The notes under the pieces: model-generated
Seen by the model: the letters and a program-made list of their open reading frames with translations, nothing else
What the model was told of the DNA's origin: nothing
Database searches by the model: none
Virus record (IMG/VR): IMGVR_UViG_3300043448_000423
Coordinates: 6,071 to 70,070 of that record
Source of the DNA: a virus
Reading direction: 5' to 3' (one strand)
Length of the DNA: 64,000 bases
Position numbers and translations under genes: made by a program
Shown here: piece by piece, positions 20,345 through 33,300 of the stretch
How the letters are laid out: every line of letters starts with the position of its first letter
Position numbering within the stretch: position 1 is the first letter of the stretch

Positions 20345-20427
20345 GGGAGCGTGGCGTAATCGGTAGCCGCATCGGACTTAAAATCCGCTGGTCTTAGACC
20401 GTGGGGGTTCGAGTCCCCCCGCTCCTA
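20345..20427 (+). tRNA. tRNA-Leu(TAA)
   Basis: GGGAGCG/CGCTCCT-A, CGGA-CTTAAAA-TCCG, long variable arm, GTTCGAGTCC. Confidence 0.92.
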
Positions 20428-20459
20428 TTTCCCACTAAATATAATGTAGTGGGAATGTT

Positions 20460-20726
20460 ATGAAATACACATTATCACAAGCATATGTCTTTTATATGGG
20501 ACAGGTTGTGCGTATGTATTTCATACAAGGTCTTCCTTATACATTTGATGAACTTCCTCAAATTATACAAGACCACCCATCAGTTCAAACAGAAGCCCTT
20601 CATCATAAAGATTATGATGATGAAGAGTTATATAAATATTCTAACTATCTTATTATGGAGGAAATGCATCCTTTAATGTTTGATATTCAAATAGAAAACC
20701 CCGATTTACTTCCGAAAGATGATTGA
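20460..20726 (+). CDS. Conserved cyanophage hypothetical protein
   Basis: VVRMYFIQGLPYTFDELP..YLIMEEMHPLMF; overlaps the cpeT start. Confidence 0.7.
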   Translation: MKYTLSQAYVFYMGQVVRMYFIQGLPYTFDELPQIIQDHPSVQTEALHHKDYDDEELYKYSNYLIMEEMHPLMFDIQIENPDLLPKDD

Positions 20727-21225
20727 TAAATTCTGTAATTGGTTTGAAGGAGAATACAATAATCAACGCCAGGCATTTGAAAATCCTACGCGATTTGCCA
20801 TGATTGAAATTTTTCATGAAAAAATTGGTGAATTGTCATTTTCCATCACTCAACAATATATGGTAGATAAAGTGCCATATAGAAAAGCAATTATTGAAGT
20901 AATTCAATTAGATGAACTTAATTTAATTCTTAAAAATTATCGTGAGGACTTGACGCCTCTCCCAGGATGTGATATAATGGTATCATATTCACCAGAAAAT
21001 GATGAATTTGTTGGTGGTATTCAGGGTACAGAATGTATAGTTCCATGGTCACAAAATGGTCAAATCATTCAAACATATCTTTCTACACAATTTATTCTTT
21101 CTGAATTAAGTTATAAAGTTCAAGATAAAGGATACGATAATCAAGGAAATAGAGTTTGGGGTTCTGAACATGGATTTTTTAATTTTATAAAACAATCTTC
21201 CAATCAATTTAAATTGCCTCAGTAG
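20719..21225 (+). CDS. cpeT: T-type phycobilin lyase (CpeT/CpcT-like)
   Basis: GEYNNQRQAFENPTRFAMI..PYR..GCD..F.G....EC....GYD..GNRVWGS..GFFNF is the CpcT/CpeT pattern. Confidence 0.88.
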   Translation: MIDKFCNWFEGEYNNQRQAFENPTRFAMIEIFHEKIGELSFSITQQYMVDKVPYRKAIIEVIQLDELNLILKNYREDLTPLPGCDIMVSYSPENDEFVGGIQGTECIVPWSQNGQIIQTYLSTQFILSELSYKVQDKGYDNQGNRVWGSEHGFFNFIKQSSNQFKLPQ

Positions 21226-21287
21226 CACAGTGGTAGTGCAGCCGCCTTGTAAGCGGCAGGTCGTTGGTTCAAATCCGATCTGGGGCT
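21216..21287 (+). tRNA. tRNA-Thr(TGT)
   Basis: GCCTCAG/CTGGGGC-T, CCGC-CTTGTAA-GCGG, GTTCAAATCC; overlaps the last 10 nt of cpeT. Confidence 0.92.
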
Positions 21288-21311
21288 CTCCGTGTGAAGG
21301 AAGTCAAATAT

Positions 21312-21337
21312 ACCTGAGGATCCCCTCAGGTTTTTTT
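21312..21337 (+). terminator. Intrinsic terminator
   Basis: CCTGAGG-ATCC-CCTCAGG followed by T7. Confidence 0.85.
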
Positions 21338-21338
21338 G

Positions 21339-21346
21339 TATAAATA
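21339..21346 (+). promoter_or_regulatory. T4-type late promoter (gp55)
   Basis: TATAAATA 40 nt upstream of the giant structural gene. Confidence 0.75.
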
Positions 21347-21385
21347 ACTCAGAAGAAATCACCATAATTACGGGTTACTGAGAAG

Positions 21386-24300
21386 ATGCCATTAACCAGA
21401 TTAGATAATCTACTTTCAAGTAAAACTGGTAAGTACATATATGTCTCTCCTGATGACTTTAACGCTACAGATGCATTAGATAATAGAGGAAACACTCCGT
21501 TAAGACCTTTTGTTACAATCCAGAGAGCTTTCTTGGAAGTAGCTCGTTATTCATATGTTCCTGGCGTCGATAATGATCGTTTTGATCAATTTACGATCAT
21601 GCTTGCTCCTGGAACACACTATGTTGACAATAGGCCAGGTGATTTAGATGTAGCAAATATTCCCGTTTTTAATTTTGATTCTAATACTGGGGAGTGGAAC
21701 GATTCTTCAATCTTAGATCTATCAAACCCCAACAACATTCTTTATCGTTTCAATGGTCGTGATGGTGGTGCGACTATTCCTAGAGGAACTTCTCTTGTTG
21801 GTACAGACCTTCGTAGAACTCAGGTTCGTGCTCTCTATATTCCAGATCCTGCCGACAAAGATGTTCCGCGATGTGCATTATTCAATGTAACTGGTGGATG
21901 CTATTTTTGGCAATTTACCATTCTTGATTCACAAGTAGAAGGTGGACCTCTTAACGGTAAAGTATACAGTCAACCAGGATCAACTCAATCAGCGACACCT
22001 CTTTTCTCTCACCACAAAATGACAAACTTTGTCTTTGCGGACAGAGATGATTTAAGTTTACTTTATAGGAAAATTGCAAAATGCTTTAGTAAGTATCAAA
22101 CTGCAATTGATGATGTTTATGCTAAAGAAGTAACGGCAAACAACGGTAGAGTATCTGATACTTGGGATGCTAGCACATCAAAGACATATGCTCAAAACGA
22201 TACTGTAGTATTTGGTGGAAATGCATATCAAGCTGTAATTGCTCACACTTCATCTTCCGACAAGAGACCTGATAAAAACAAAACATATTGGAAGATTCTC
22301 ACCACAACTTCAAGAGAATTTGATTACGCTGTTCAAGAGAATAGAATTGTTGGTCCTCTTGCGGATACAATTCAAATTGATGATATTACAATTAGCGAAT
22401 ATAACACAGAAACATTAAATGTTAAAGTAAGAACTAAAATTAATCATAATTTATTCCCAACACAATATGTTGTTGTTGCAAATACTGGTTTCAGTAATTT
22501 ACTACACGGTTCTTTTGAAGTAGTAAGCATTAGTGAAACAAATCCAAAAGAATTTACATATAGAACTAAGGCAACACTTGCTCAGGTCAGTTTTGCCAAT
22601 AACGAAACTCAAATTCCACCAGATGCGAATGCCAGCATTCAAGCAGAAGTTGACTCTGTAGAATCAGCATCACCATACGTCTTCAACGTTTCGATTCGTT
22701 CAACTTGGGGTATTTGTGGTATCTGGGCTGATGGTCGCAAGGCGACTGGTTTCAAATCGATGGTTATCGCCCAGTATACGGGTGTTTCGCTACAGAAAGA
22801 CGACCGTGCGTTTATTCGCTACGATGAATTTACCAACACTTGGAATGAAGCTCCTCTAACTGATGCATTTGCTACCACTCCTTATCACATCAAGGGAGAT
22901 GCATATTGGAAGGATGACTGGAGAAACTTCCACGTTCGTGCTTCGGACGACTCTTTCATTCAGAACGTTTCTATCTTCGCTGTAGGTTTTGCTGACCACT
23001 TCCTGCTTGAGTCAGGTGGTGACATGTCTATCACCAACTCAAACTCGAACTTTGGTAACACTTCGATGCACTCGAAGGGATTTAAAGGGTTTGCGTTCAA
23101 CCAAGACAAGGGTGGATACATCACTGATATTATTCCACCACAGTCATTTTCTAGCACACCAACTACAACTAAAGTTTCCTATTATCCATTTGATGTTCAA
23201 TTAACTAGAGGAAGTCAAGATACTGGTGGATCTTGGTTGTCTCAACCAAAATTATATTTGACAGGTGATAAAGCAAATAATTACTTAGACAGACCAGCTG
23301 TAAGTATTAATGGATACAGATTAGGTGCTAGAACCTATATTAATTCAAGTAAAGCAGAAAAAATTTATACTAAAATTAGTGCCGATACTGCAGCGGGAGA
23401 AACCCAACCAACTGTCAAGGAAGCTTTCTTGTATCCACAAGGATTTAAAAAATGGACTGCAACTTTAACAACTTTAAGTCCAGGTAATTTAGGAGTTGGT
23501 AATTTTGATAATAACCCAGCAACAAATGAAACAGCAGATAAAGCATTTTATAATAGATGTCAAGATGCTGCAAATTTAATTGATGCTAATAAAACTTTTA
23601 TTCAAGCAGAAACTTTTGGTTATATTATTGAAAAATATCCATATTTACAGGATAGACCATATGTAAATCCAAATATTACTGCAGAAACTGGAAGATATAG
23701 AGATGGTAGTAATTTAATTAAAGCTAACCGTGCTGAGATTGTTGATTATGCATTTACTCAAATGCAAACAGCATTCCCCACATTTACTGTTCCTGGTAAT
23801 GATAACGATAAGTGTAAGCGCGACATTGGATATATTGTAGATGCTATTGCTCAAGATTTATATGATGGTGGTAACGAAAATATTATTAACGCCACAAAAT
23901 CATATTTTGGTGCATATGCTAGTATTTCTTCAGTATCTAGAACAAATAATGTAGCTACAATTACTACATCAACTCCACATAATTTAGCTGTAGGAGCAGT
24001 AGTTGCAATCAATTGTAGTATTGACGCTTTTGATGATCCATCTGCAACAGTATTATCAGTTCCATCTACTACAACCTTTACCTATACTAACGTTGGAACT
24101 AATTTATCTAATACTGCTACTGGTACGGTAAGCACAGAATCTGGATCTCCAATTTCCAATGGATTGGTGGGCGAAGAAACACAATCAATCTTTGCTTTTA
24201 ATAGAGTTAAAGATTGGGCAAAGAAAGCAATTTCTAACCAGTTAACATATAAATCTCTTCTTAATGTTACTTCAATTACTGCTAGTGGAACAACTGTAAC

Positions 24301-27300
24301 GGTAACTGTAAATTCATCAAATCCACATGGATTGAAAGTTGGCGATGAAGTTACTATTGGTGGAGCAACTCAAACAGGATATAATGGTAAGTGGAAGGTT
24401 TTAGCATCTGGTCTAACAACTACTGTTTTCAGAGTAACTGTAAATACAACTCCAGCAGCATCCCCAGCAACTGGTGCTTATTATGTTTCAAATATTACTA
24501 TTGATCCAGAAAATGCACTAGAAGAAGCTGGTCGTTACAAAGATGCTAGCAACTTAGTCACTGCAAACCGCCAAGAAATTATTGATAGAGCGTTTGCTGA
24601 GGTTTCACTGCAGTATGACGAATCGGCGTGGGGTACTAATTGGGTAGTACCTGGAGATTCAACTACAGATGACAACAACCGTTATAGAGATGCATATCGC
24701 CTGATTCAAAGGAATCGTCAGGAAGTTATTGATAGAGCATTTGGTGAGATTGCTGTTCAATATACTGAAGCATCTTGGGGAACTAACTGGGTTGTTCCTG
24801 GTGATTCTGTAACTACTACTCTTTCTCGTTATCTAGATGCATATCGTCTCATTCAAAGAAACAGAAACATCATTGTTGAGACAGCTTATGCAACAGTAGT
24901 TGCCAATCCACCATCACCAGCACCAACAAATCTTCTTTCTAAGTGTAAGAGAGATATTGGATATTTTGTTGATGCTGTTTCTCTTGATATTTTACTTGGT
25001 GGTGGAAACGTATACACTCGTAAGTTTACTCAATCATACTTCTCCAACAACACCACATTACTAACCAATGGTCTTGCTGGTGAAGTAACTCAATCTAACA
25101 CAGCATTCAACAAAGCTCGTGATGCGATGAAGTCAGCAATCAAGAATCTACTCGGTTCTTTTGCTGGTGTTGTTACATCATCTCCAGCTGGTGGAACATG
25201 GATTGATGGAAGTTCAGGCACAAAAACTGTCTATACTGATGGCACTATCACTACTGATAGTACACCTGGAACTCAGGGAGTTTGCACCAACGTTCAAGAT
25301 GCAATTGATACTTTAACATCAGTCGTTACTACTGCTCTAACTAACGTTAATCTCGGCACTCTTCCTGCCGAATCGAACGGTATCACAGAAGGAGCTGGCG
25401 AACTCAAGTGTATGCGTGATATTGGTTACTTTATCGATGCTGTGTCTCTTGATATTGCTCAAGCTGGTGGAAACAGATATTCACGCAAATTCATTCAGCA
25501 GTATTTCACAAATAGCACCACTCTTCTAACAAATGGTCTTGCTGGAGAAACATCACAGTCAGTGATTGCCTTCAATATGGCAAGAGACATGATGAAGAAG
25601 GCGTTGACTAATCAGTTGTATGTCAAGGATCTAACTTTATCTGCTGGTCCTGCAACTTATGGTGGCGGTGGTGGAAACATTACGGTTGATCAATCAGGTA
25701 ATGCTGCATCTTGTGCTGATGTACAATCTACCGTAGATACTCTAACTGCAGTTATAACATCTCCACTAACTGCTGGAAATCTCACCTCTCTTCCTGCAGA
25801 AACAGTTGGCACAGTTCCAGCTGGAGAAACTAAGTGTAAGCGTGATCTTGGTTACATTGTAGATTCCATCGCTCAGGATCTCTTCTGGGGTGGTAACGAG
25901 TTTACGATTGATGCGGTCAAAGAATATTTCACTAACACAACTACATTATTAACCAACGGTTTAACTGGAGAATTAACACAATCTGTTGTTGCATTTAATG
26001 CTGCAAAAGAGATGGTCAAGAAAGCAGTATCCAACCAACTATATTCTAAGAATTTAACACTGTCATATGGTCCTGCTAATTATGGTGGAACTGGTGGCAA
26101 TGTAACTTATAATCAATCTGGTAACTCTGCTACATGTACTGATGTACAAGCAACAGTTGATACTTTATTTGGTATCGTTACTTCAACACTCAATGCTGGA
26201 AGTTTGTCGAGTTTACCACAGCTTTCAAATGGTCAGTGGGATTGCGCTAACGTAAGAGCAACTATTGATACTTTAACTGCTATTATTACTACAACATTAA
26301 AAGAAGGATCATTAGCTAATCTTCCAGCGGTTTCTCCTGGATTGTGGTCTCAGGTAAATGAATACAGCAAATGTAAGAGAGATATTGGTTATATTGTTGA
26401 AGCGATTACTTCTGATTTACGCCTGGGTGGAAACGAAGCTACAGTAAATGCTGCTGAGGCATATTATACTGGAACAGGCAATTTTACTGTTACTGGTACT
26501 TTATCAACTTCGGGTATAATTACTGGTATTTCTAGCACAGCTGGATTACTTGCAGGAATGTCGGTAACTAAAACTTCAGGTGCTGGTGCCTTCGGTGATA
26601 ATGCTGTAATTCAATCTGTTGATAGTTCATCACAAATTACCGTTGCTATTTCTTCTGGTAGTTTTACTGCTGGTTCTATAACATTTACTGCAAACCAACT
26701 TGATTATATTGAAAACGAGAGAGTAGAAACTCTTGATGCATATGATTATGTTAAACAACTTATGATTTCTTCTATGAGAAATCATAATACTTATATTCCA
26801 ACTGCTAATGTATCATTTAGTACTTCTTCTTCTATTGTCACATTGACTGGCGGCAGAACTACTGCTGGTTTGGTAGTTGGTATGAAGGTTCAAAGTGTTA
26901 CTACAATTCCTAGTGATACTGGTAGCAACTCAACAACAAATTATAATGATTCTCTCGAAGAAATTGTAGATGGTAGAGTTGTTCCAAAAGCATCAAACGT
27001 AAGTACAAGAATTTCCACTGGAACTTATATCAAGAATATTATTAGTTCAACTCAATTTGAGTTGGGTGAAAAAGGAAGTAAGTTAAATATTGGACTAAGC
27101 AAGAAACCATCTTCTAATACTACTGCAAATCTTTTCTTCTCAATGGAAGAAGGAACATGGTCAACTGCAGTTGAACCATCAGTAGATAATACTGTTATTC
27201 AAGTATACAATGAGTATACAAATACAAACGGAGAATGTGCTAATATTAAGAGCGCACTTGACACATATTTTACATCTATCAATACAATTATTAATAATGG

Positions 27301-30300
27301 TATAGGTCAAGTAACTAGAATTCCATCTACTATTAACACAGGTACTTTTGCTCAAAGAGCAACTTTATTTACTCTGAAAGATATTGGATCTCCAACAGAT
27401 CCTCACTTCTTACAAACAGGAACCCCAGTAAGATTGGTTCCTAGAGCAAAAGAAGGAGTTTCTGTTGATAAGCGTTTAATTCGTCTTCCAAAAGGATTTG
27501 ATACAAATACAGTTTATTATATTATTGCTCCTGGTAGGATAACAGATCCATATGATTATTCTACTACCACATCATTTAATGCTACATCTGGATCTCTACA
27601 GAATTTAATGCTAGCAACAAGTATCGAAAATGCTGCAGCAGGTATTTTTGTTTATTCTCCAGAAACAGAAGCAGTTGATCCTGACGTAGAAATTGATGTT
27701 TATCAATATCTTTTAGATTTAAAATATGATTTAAGTAAGTATGAAACTACTGTCAAAGCAAGTAATTTAGAAATATTAACTACAACAGAACCACATATTT
27801 TTGACGTTCCAACAACTTCTGATACATTAACTGATACACAAAGATTTACTTCTGTATTCTTTAAACCCATTGGTAGTGGTGGTCTTCCATCTATTTCTGG
27901 TGGAACTACTTTAAATCCAAATAAAGAATATTATGTTAGATATGTAAGTAAATATGAATTTAAAGTTTATGATACTTTAAATGCAGCTATTAACAATCCA
28001 GGTTCGCCTTTAGTATTTACTTCTGGATTTACACAAAAGTTTTATGTTCTCTCCAATAAGAGAAGATCTCCATTGAGATATGATCCAGCAGCTACTACAG
28101 CAAATACAAGTGATGGTACTTGGTATCTTCAAACTGATACAAGTAAAACTAATAGTATTTTAACTAGAATCAGATCAAATGATTTTGAGACAAAAGATAA
28201 AACACCAGATAGCTGGTTTGAAAGATTGTCTGACGATAGATCTAAAGAAGATAGAGTATATAGATTACGTTATGTAATTCCTAAGTACCTTAAATCTGTT
28301 CGTGATCCTCTTCGTGGATTTGTAATTAAATCTAGAACAGATTCCACAAGAAAATTACAACCTCAAAAGATACTTTTAAAACCAACTGCTAGCGGAAATT
28401 CTTTTGCCCAATTTAGTATTCCAAATACTACTGCTGCCGCTCCTGGATTGACATCTGGTAAAGAATATCTTGGTCTAGATGTTAATTCGCAAGGTCCAAA
28501 CTTTATCTCTGCTTATGATCCATATAATCCAGAATTACAGGATCCTACACAACCAACCACTTCTTCTCCAAGATTTAGAGTAAGAAAAACTACAAGTGCA
28601 AAAGTTACATTTTATGTACAATCTTCGAGAAAAAGAACAGTTAATAATAAAGATTATCTAGAGTTAACAGTATTTGATATTGGAATTGAGGAGCAAGGAT
28701 ATAAACAAAAAATCTTTACCAGTGTAGAAATTACTCCACCTCAAGGTGGCGATGGAATATTTGTTTCAAATACATCTAATTTACCATCGAATGATACTTC
28801 AACAGATATTACATGGTCTGGCGCTACTGAAGGTAGTGCAAGAGTACATGCATATTACGAATATGAAGGCAAGCATTATTTAATTTTGAAAGATGTAAAT
28901 ACAATTACATCTACTTTAGAGTATAGTCCTTTCCAAGTAACTACCTTTACACAAGGATTAGTATCTGCCAAATTACTAACTGAGCCAGATTTTGGTAGAT
29001 CATCTAGAGATAGATACTTATATGTAACTGAAGGAGCAAATGTATATACAATGACTCCAGGTGATACATTGACAGATGATACTGGAGTTTCTTATACTAT
29101 TGCAGAGGTTGAAGATGTACAGGATTTTGACAAAACATTTTACATTTATGATGTTAATACTATTCGCAGAAGAATTTATGGTCAGCAAGATGGTATTTAC
29201 TATCTAACTTGCATTAGAGGAGATATTAGTCCATATCCAACTGGATCTGGAGTTGGAGAAAACTTCAAGAATTTCAAATTTAGTCAACCAATTTCAAAAT
29301 TATATCCAGAGTTTTATAAAAATGATCCAGAGTGGTATAAACAAATAGATTCTACATTGACGGATCCTCCAGAAACTATTTCTGCTGCTGACAATTATAT
29401 ACATGGTTTAGTTACAGTTAATGATTCTAAAGGATCTACTACTAAAGAAGCAATCCTTGATTTTATCTCTGATCCAGGATCTAAACAGTACTATTTTAGT
29501 GGAAATGTTGTAAAAGATAGTAAAATAATTAATGTTGATATAGCTGCACAAGAAGGAACCGCTTCCGCTGGTTCTGAAGGAAGAAAGATTCCTATTTCTG
29601 GTAATTCTTTATATCCAACGGAAGGGAGATTGTATGTAGAACTTCGTAGACCATCTATTGCTCGTTCTGGTAACCACACGTTTGAATATCTTGGTTTTGG
29701 TCCTGGTAACTACTCAACTGGTTTCCCACTTCGTCAAGAAGTTGTTCTATCTGATATTCAAGATTTCTATGCTCAGGCAAAGAGAGAAAATGCTGGTATT
29801 GTATTCTATACTGGATTAAACTCCAATGGTGATTTGTATATTGGTAACAGAAAGATTAATGCTATTACAGGGGAGGAAACGTATTTAGAATCTGCTGCTC
29901 TAGTAACTAGTGCTGACGAAGGAGATACGATAGGAAATTTTGTAACAACTTTTGATGGTCCAGTTACATTTAATGATAAGGTTTCATTCCTTGCTCCTAT
30001 TTCGAAGAGTCCTATGGTATCCCAAGCTCCATGGCAATGGGATGTACCAGCTCAAGATCCAGCAAGTCCTACACTTGCATTGTCACCACCTTCTATTGAA
30101 ATTCTATCTAACACTGCAACTGGTGATGATAGCAGTTTAACCAGTAATACTAAAACTGGTAAAACTACAGGATCTATTACTTTAACAGGAAATAGAATAT
30201 CATCGGCAATTTACAATTTTAATAATAGAGGTATACAGACCTATAGCATAAGAACTGCGGTAGAGCAGTGGACTCCAAATCAATTAAATCCATATGGAAA

Positions 30301-33300
30301 TTCATCACAAAGTCAAGTAATTAACTTTGGATCAAGATTCCCATTAATATCTGGAGATATTTTATTCAAAGGAGAACAGGTAGGATTCTCTGGATCTTTG
30401 GGATGGATTTATGCAAGTAATTTTGTAACAATTTCTCACACATCACTTTCTGACAAATTAAGTACATTAATTGGATATGGATCTGGTTCTGGAAATAACA
30501 AAATAAGATTAAATTGGGCAGTTAATCCACAAACTAGCGTAGCGTATACTAATGCTGAAATTGGTATTACATCTTCTGAATATCAAGTTAGGATTGCTGG
30601 ATCATTTAGTTCAACTCAAGCATCTTTAGGACAAAAAGTTTTAGGAACTTGGCCTATAATTAGCAGTAGTTTTGTTGCAAGTAATTCATATATTGATTTA
30701 CAGATAACAGATACTGTTAGTGTTGGAACATATATTATAACTTATGCTCAAGAACCAAATATTAGTATTTCTTTCTCAAATAATCAATGGAAAGAAGTCG
30801 GTGTTCTGGGTGCGGAAGTAATTAGAACGGAAACAGATAGTATTGGTAATTATAAATTAGGAATCAATACAGTTGCTAGATCTGCTACATCTGCATATCT
30901 GACTGCGTTTGTTGATCCTGCTACCACAAATCCGAGAGCAAATCTTGACGTGGTAGGTGACGCATTTATTAGCGGAAAATCACAACCATCTGGATCATCT
31001 TTTGAAACTTCTACAACAAAAACAGAAACTGGATTAATCAATGCTTTCTTAGTTGGTGGATTTAGTTCTGCGCCATCAAGATTTGCAACTCTAAGAGTAG
31101 ATACATTAAATAATCGTGTTGGTATTAACACAACCAAACAACTTTCTATTTCACAGGTTGCTCGTTCTAGCAACGTTGCTACTATAACGACCTCAACTGC
31201 TCATGGATTAGTTGCTGGTAATCAAGTTACAATTGATATAACTGGAACTACCTATGCATCGTTTGATGCTACTGCTGCTACAATTCTTGCAAGTCCAGCA
31301 CCTACAACTACTTCGTTTAGTTATAGTAATACTGGAAGCACTGTGAGTGTTACGGCATTACCTAACGGAACAACTGGTACAGTAATTAAACCATCAAATG
31401 ATTTAGATAGAACACTTGTTGTTGATGGAACTTCTAGATTTACTGATAATGTAAGATTTGAAAAAGATATTGAAATTAATGGTGGTGATATTGAAACAAC
31501 ATTAACTACTCAAAATTTCAATTTCTTAAATCAGAGTACATATACTGGAAGTGTTACAGAATCTAGTGGCGTTTATACAACAACTGGTGTAAACATTGCA
31601 AATTATGCTGCTTCAATTAATATTGGTACTAGTAGAACTGATGATCAGTTTATTAATATTGCAAATTCTTCTGATCATGTAAATATCAGAATTGCCAATA
31701 ATGTTTCAACAGGCACTTCTGCGACATCTAATATTTCTAAAGTTAATATTGGTGGAGCATATGGAAATAACGAAACTAACAGTTATGTTTCTTTGGATTC
31801 TAAATCAACTAGAATTGCTGGTGATGTAACTATTGGTTATCAGAAAGGATTGACTGAAGCATTAACAATTGCTAGCACAGCTGGCACAGTTAATTTCTTT
31901 AACACCATCACATCAACTATGAATTTTGGTGGGGGTGTTTCTACTCTTACAATGGGTGGACAAGGTGGACAAACTAGAATTAAGAATGCTCTTACTGTTG
32001 ATGCTTCGTTGACAGTAAAATCAAATATTACTTTAGTTGGTGGTTTATTATCGCTTAATTTCTCTGCAAACAGAGGAGCACTTGGGTCAACGGCAACTGC
32101 ACATACAGGAACAGCAACAGGTACACCAGCATCAAATACAGTTGATATTATTACAATTGTTAGCACTGATTCTGGGTATACTAATCAAGTTGATACTGCT
32201 ACTTCTGGTGTATGGGGTTCGTCTGCTACTGATGCATCGTATCAGCAATCATTTAATACTGGAGCTACTGCGGAACCAATTACTTTACCTGCTTTAACTG
32301 GAAATTTCTATTACTTACCTCTGAAATATGCTCCTACTGGAAACAGAGCTCTTGCAATTGGAGATTATTTGTTAATTGATAGTACTCCAGGAGCAAATAG
32401 ATGGCCAGAAATTGTAAGAATTTCTTCTTTACCACAAAATGCTTCTACTTATAGTTCTGCAACTGGTCCATACTGGGTTGCAGTTGAAAGATTATCAATT
32501 GGTACATTTTTACCAAAACCAAGTAATGGACATTTAGATGATACTACTATTTACAGAGTAAATATTCAATTTGATGCTACTTGGTTAACTAATAGTCCAA
32601 CATCTTCTTCAACATCTTTCTCTCTTGCTGAAATTGGTGGAAGTATTAATAATGGAGATTATATAATTGTTGATAGAAATGATTCTGGAACTTCTGGCGA
32701 AGCAGTTAAAATTACTGGAACAACACAATCAACTCCTAAAAAATTAACAGTCAATAATGGTGCTGCTACACCTCTGACAGTTTTTGAAGTTGATTCGACA
32801 AATGGAAATACTATTATTGGCAATCCGAATTTAACTACTGCCAATGGTAGTGTGACAATGTATGGAGGATTGACACTTGTAGGTGGAACTCCATCTGGAG
32901 GAACATGTGAAGTATTGAAAATTACTGATGGAGTTAATACTACTTTATCGGTAAACACTTGCACAGGTGATACTGTAATAGGAAATGCTATTGGTGAGAT
33001 TACTGCTAATAGAGCAGAATTTGGAACAACTGCCGCCGCTCATAGTGCTGGCGCAACTGCCACAGTTATATTAACTTCTCCTGCTACAGATAATGCTGTT
33101 GGTTCTACGTTATTGAGTCAGGCAATTACTTCTACAACTGCAACTACAATTTACGTTAATGATATAACTGGTTTTAAATATGATGCAGAAACTGGTGGAA
33201 ATATTTACATTCTAGTAAGTCAGGAATCTGGCGGTGAATTTATGAGAATTACTGCAACTCCAGTTAAAACTGGAACGGCAGATAACTCTGGATATCTCAT

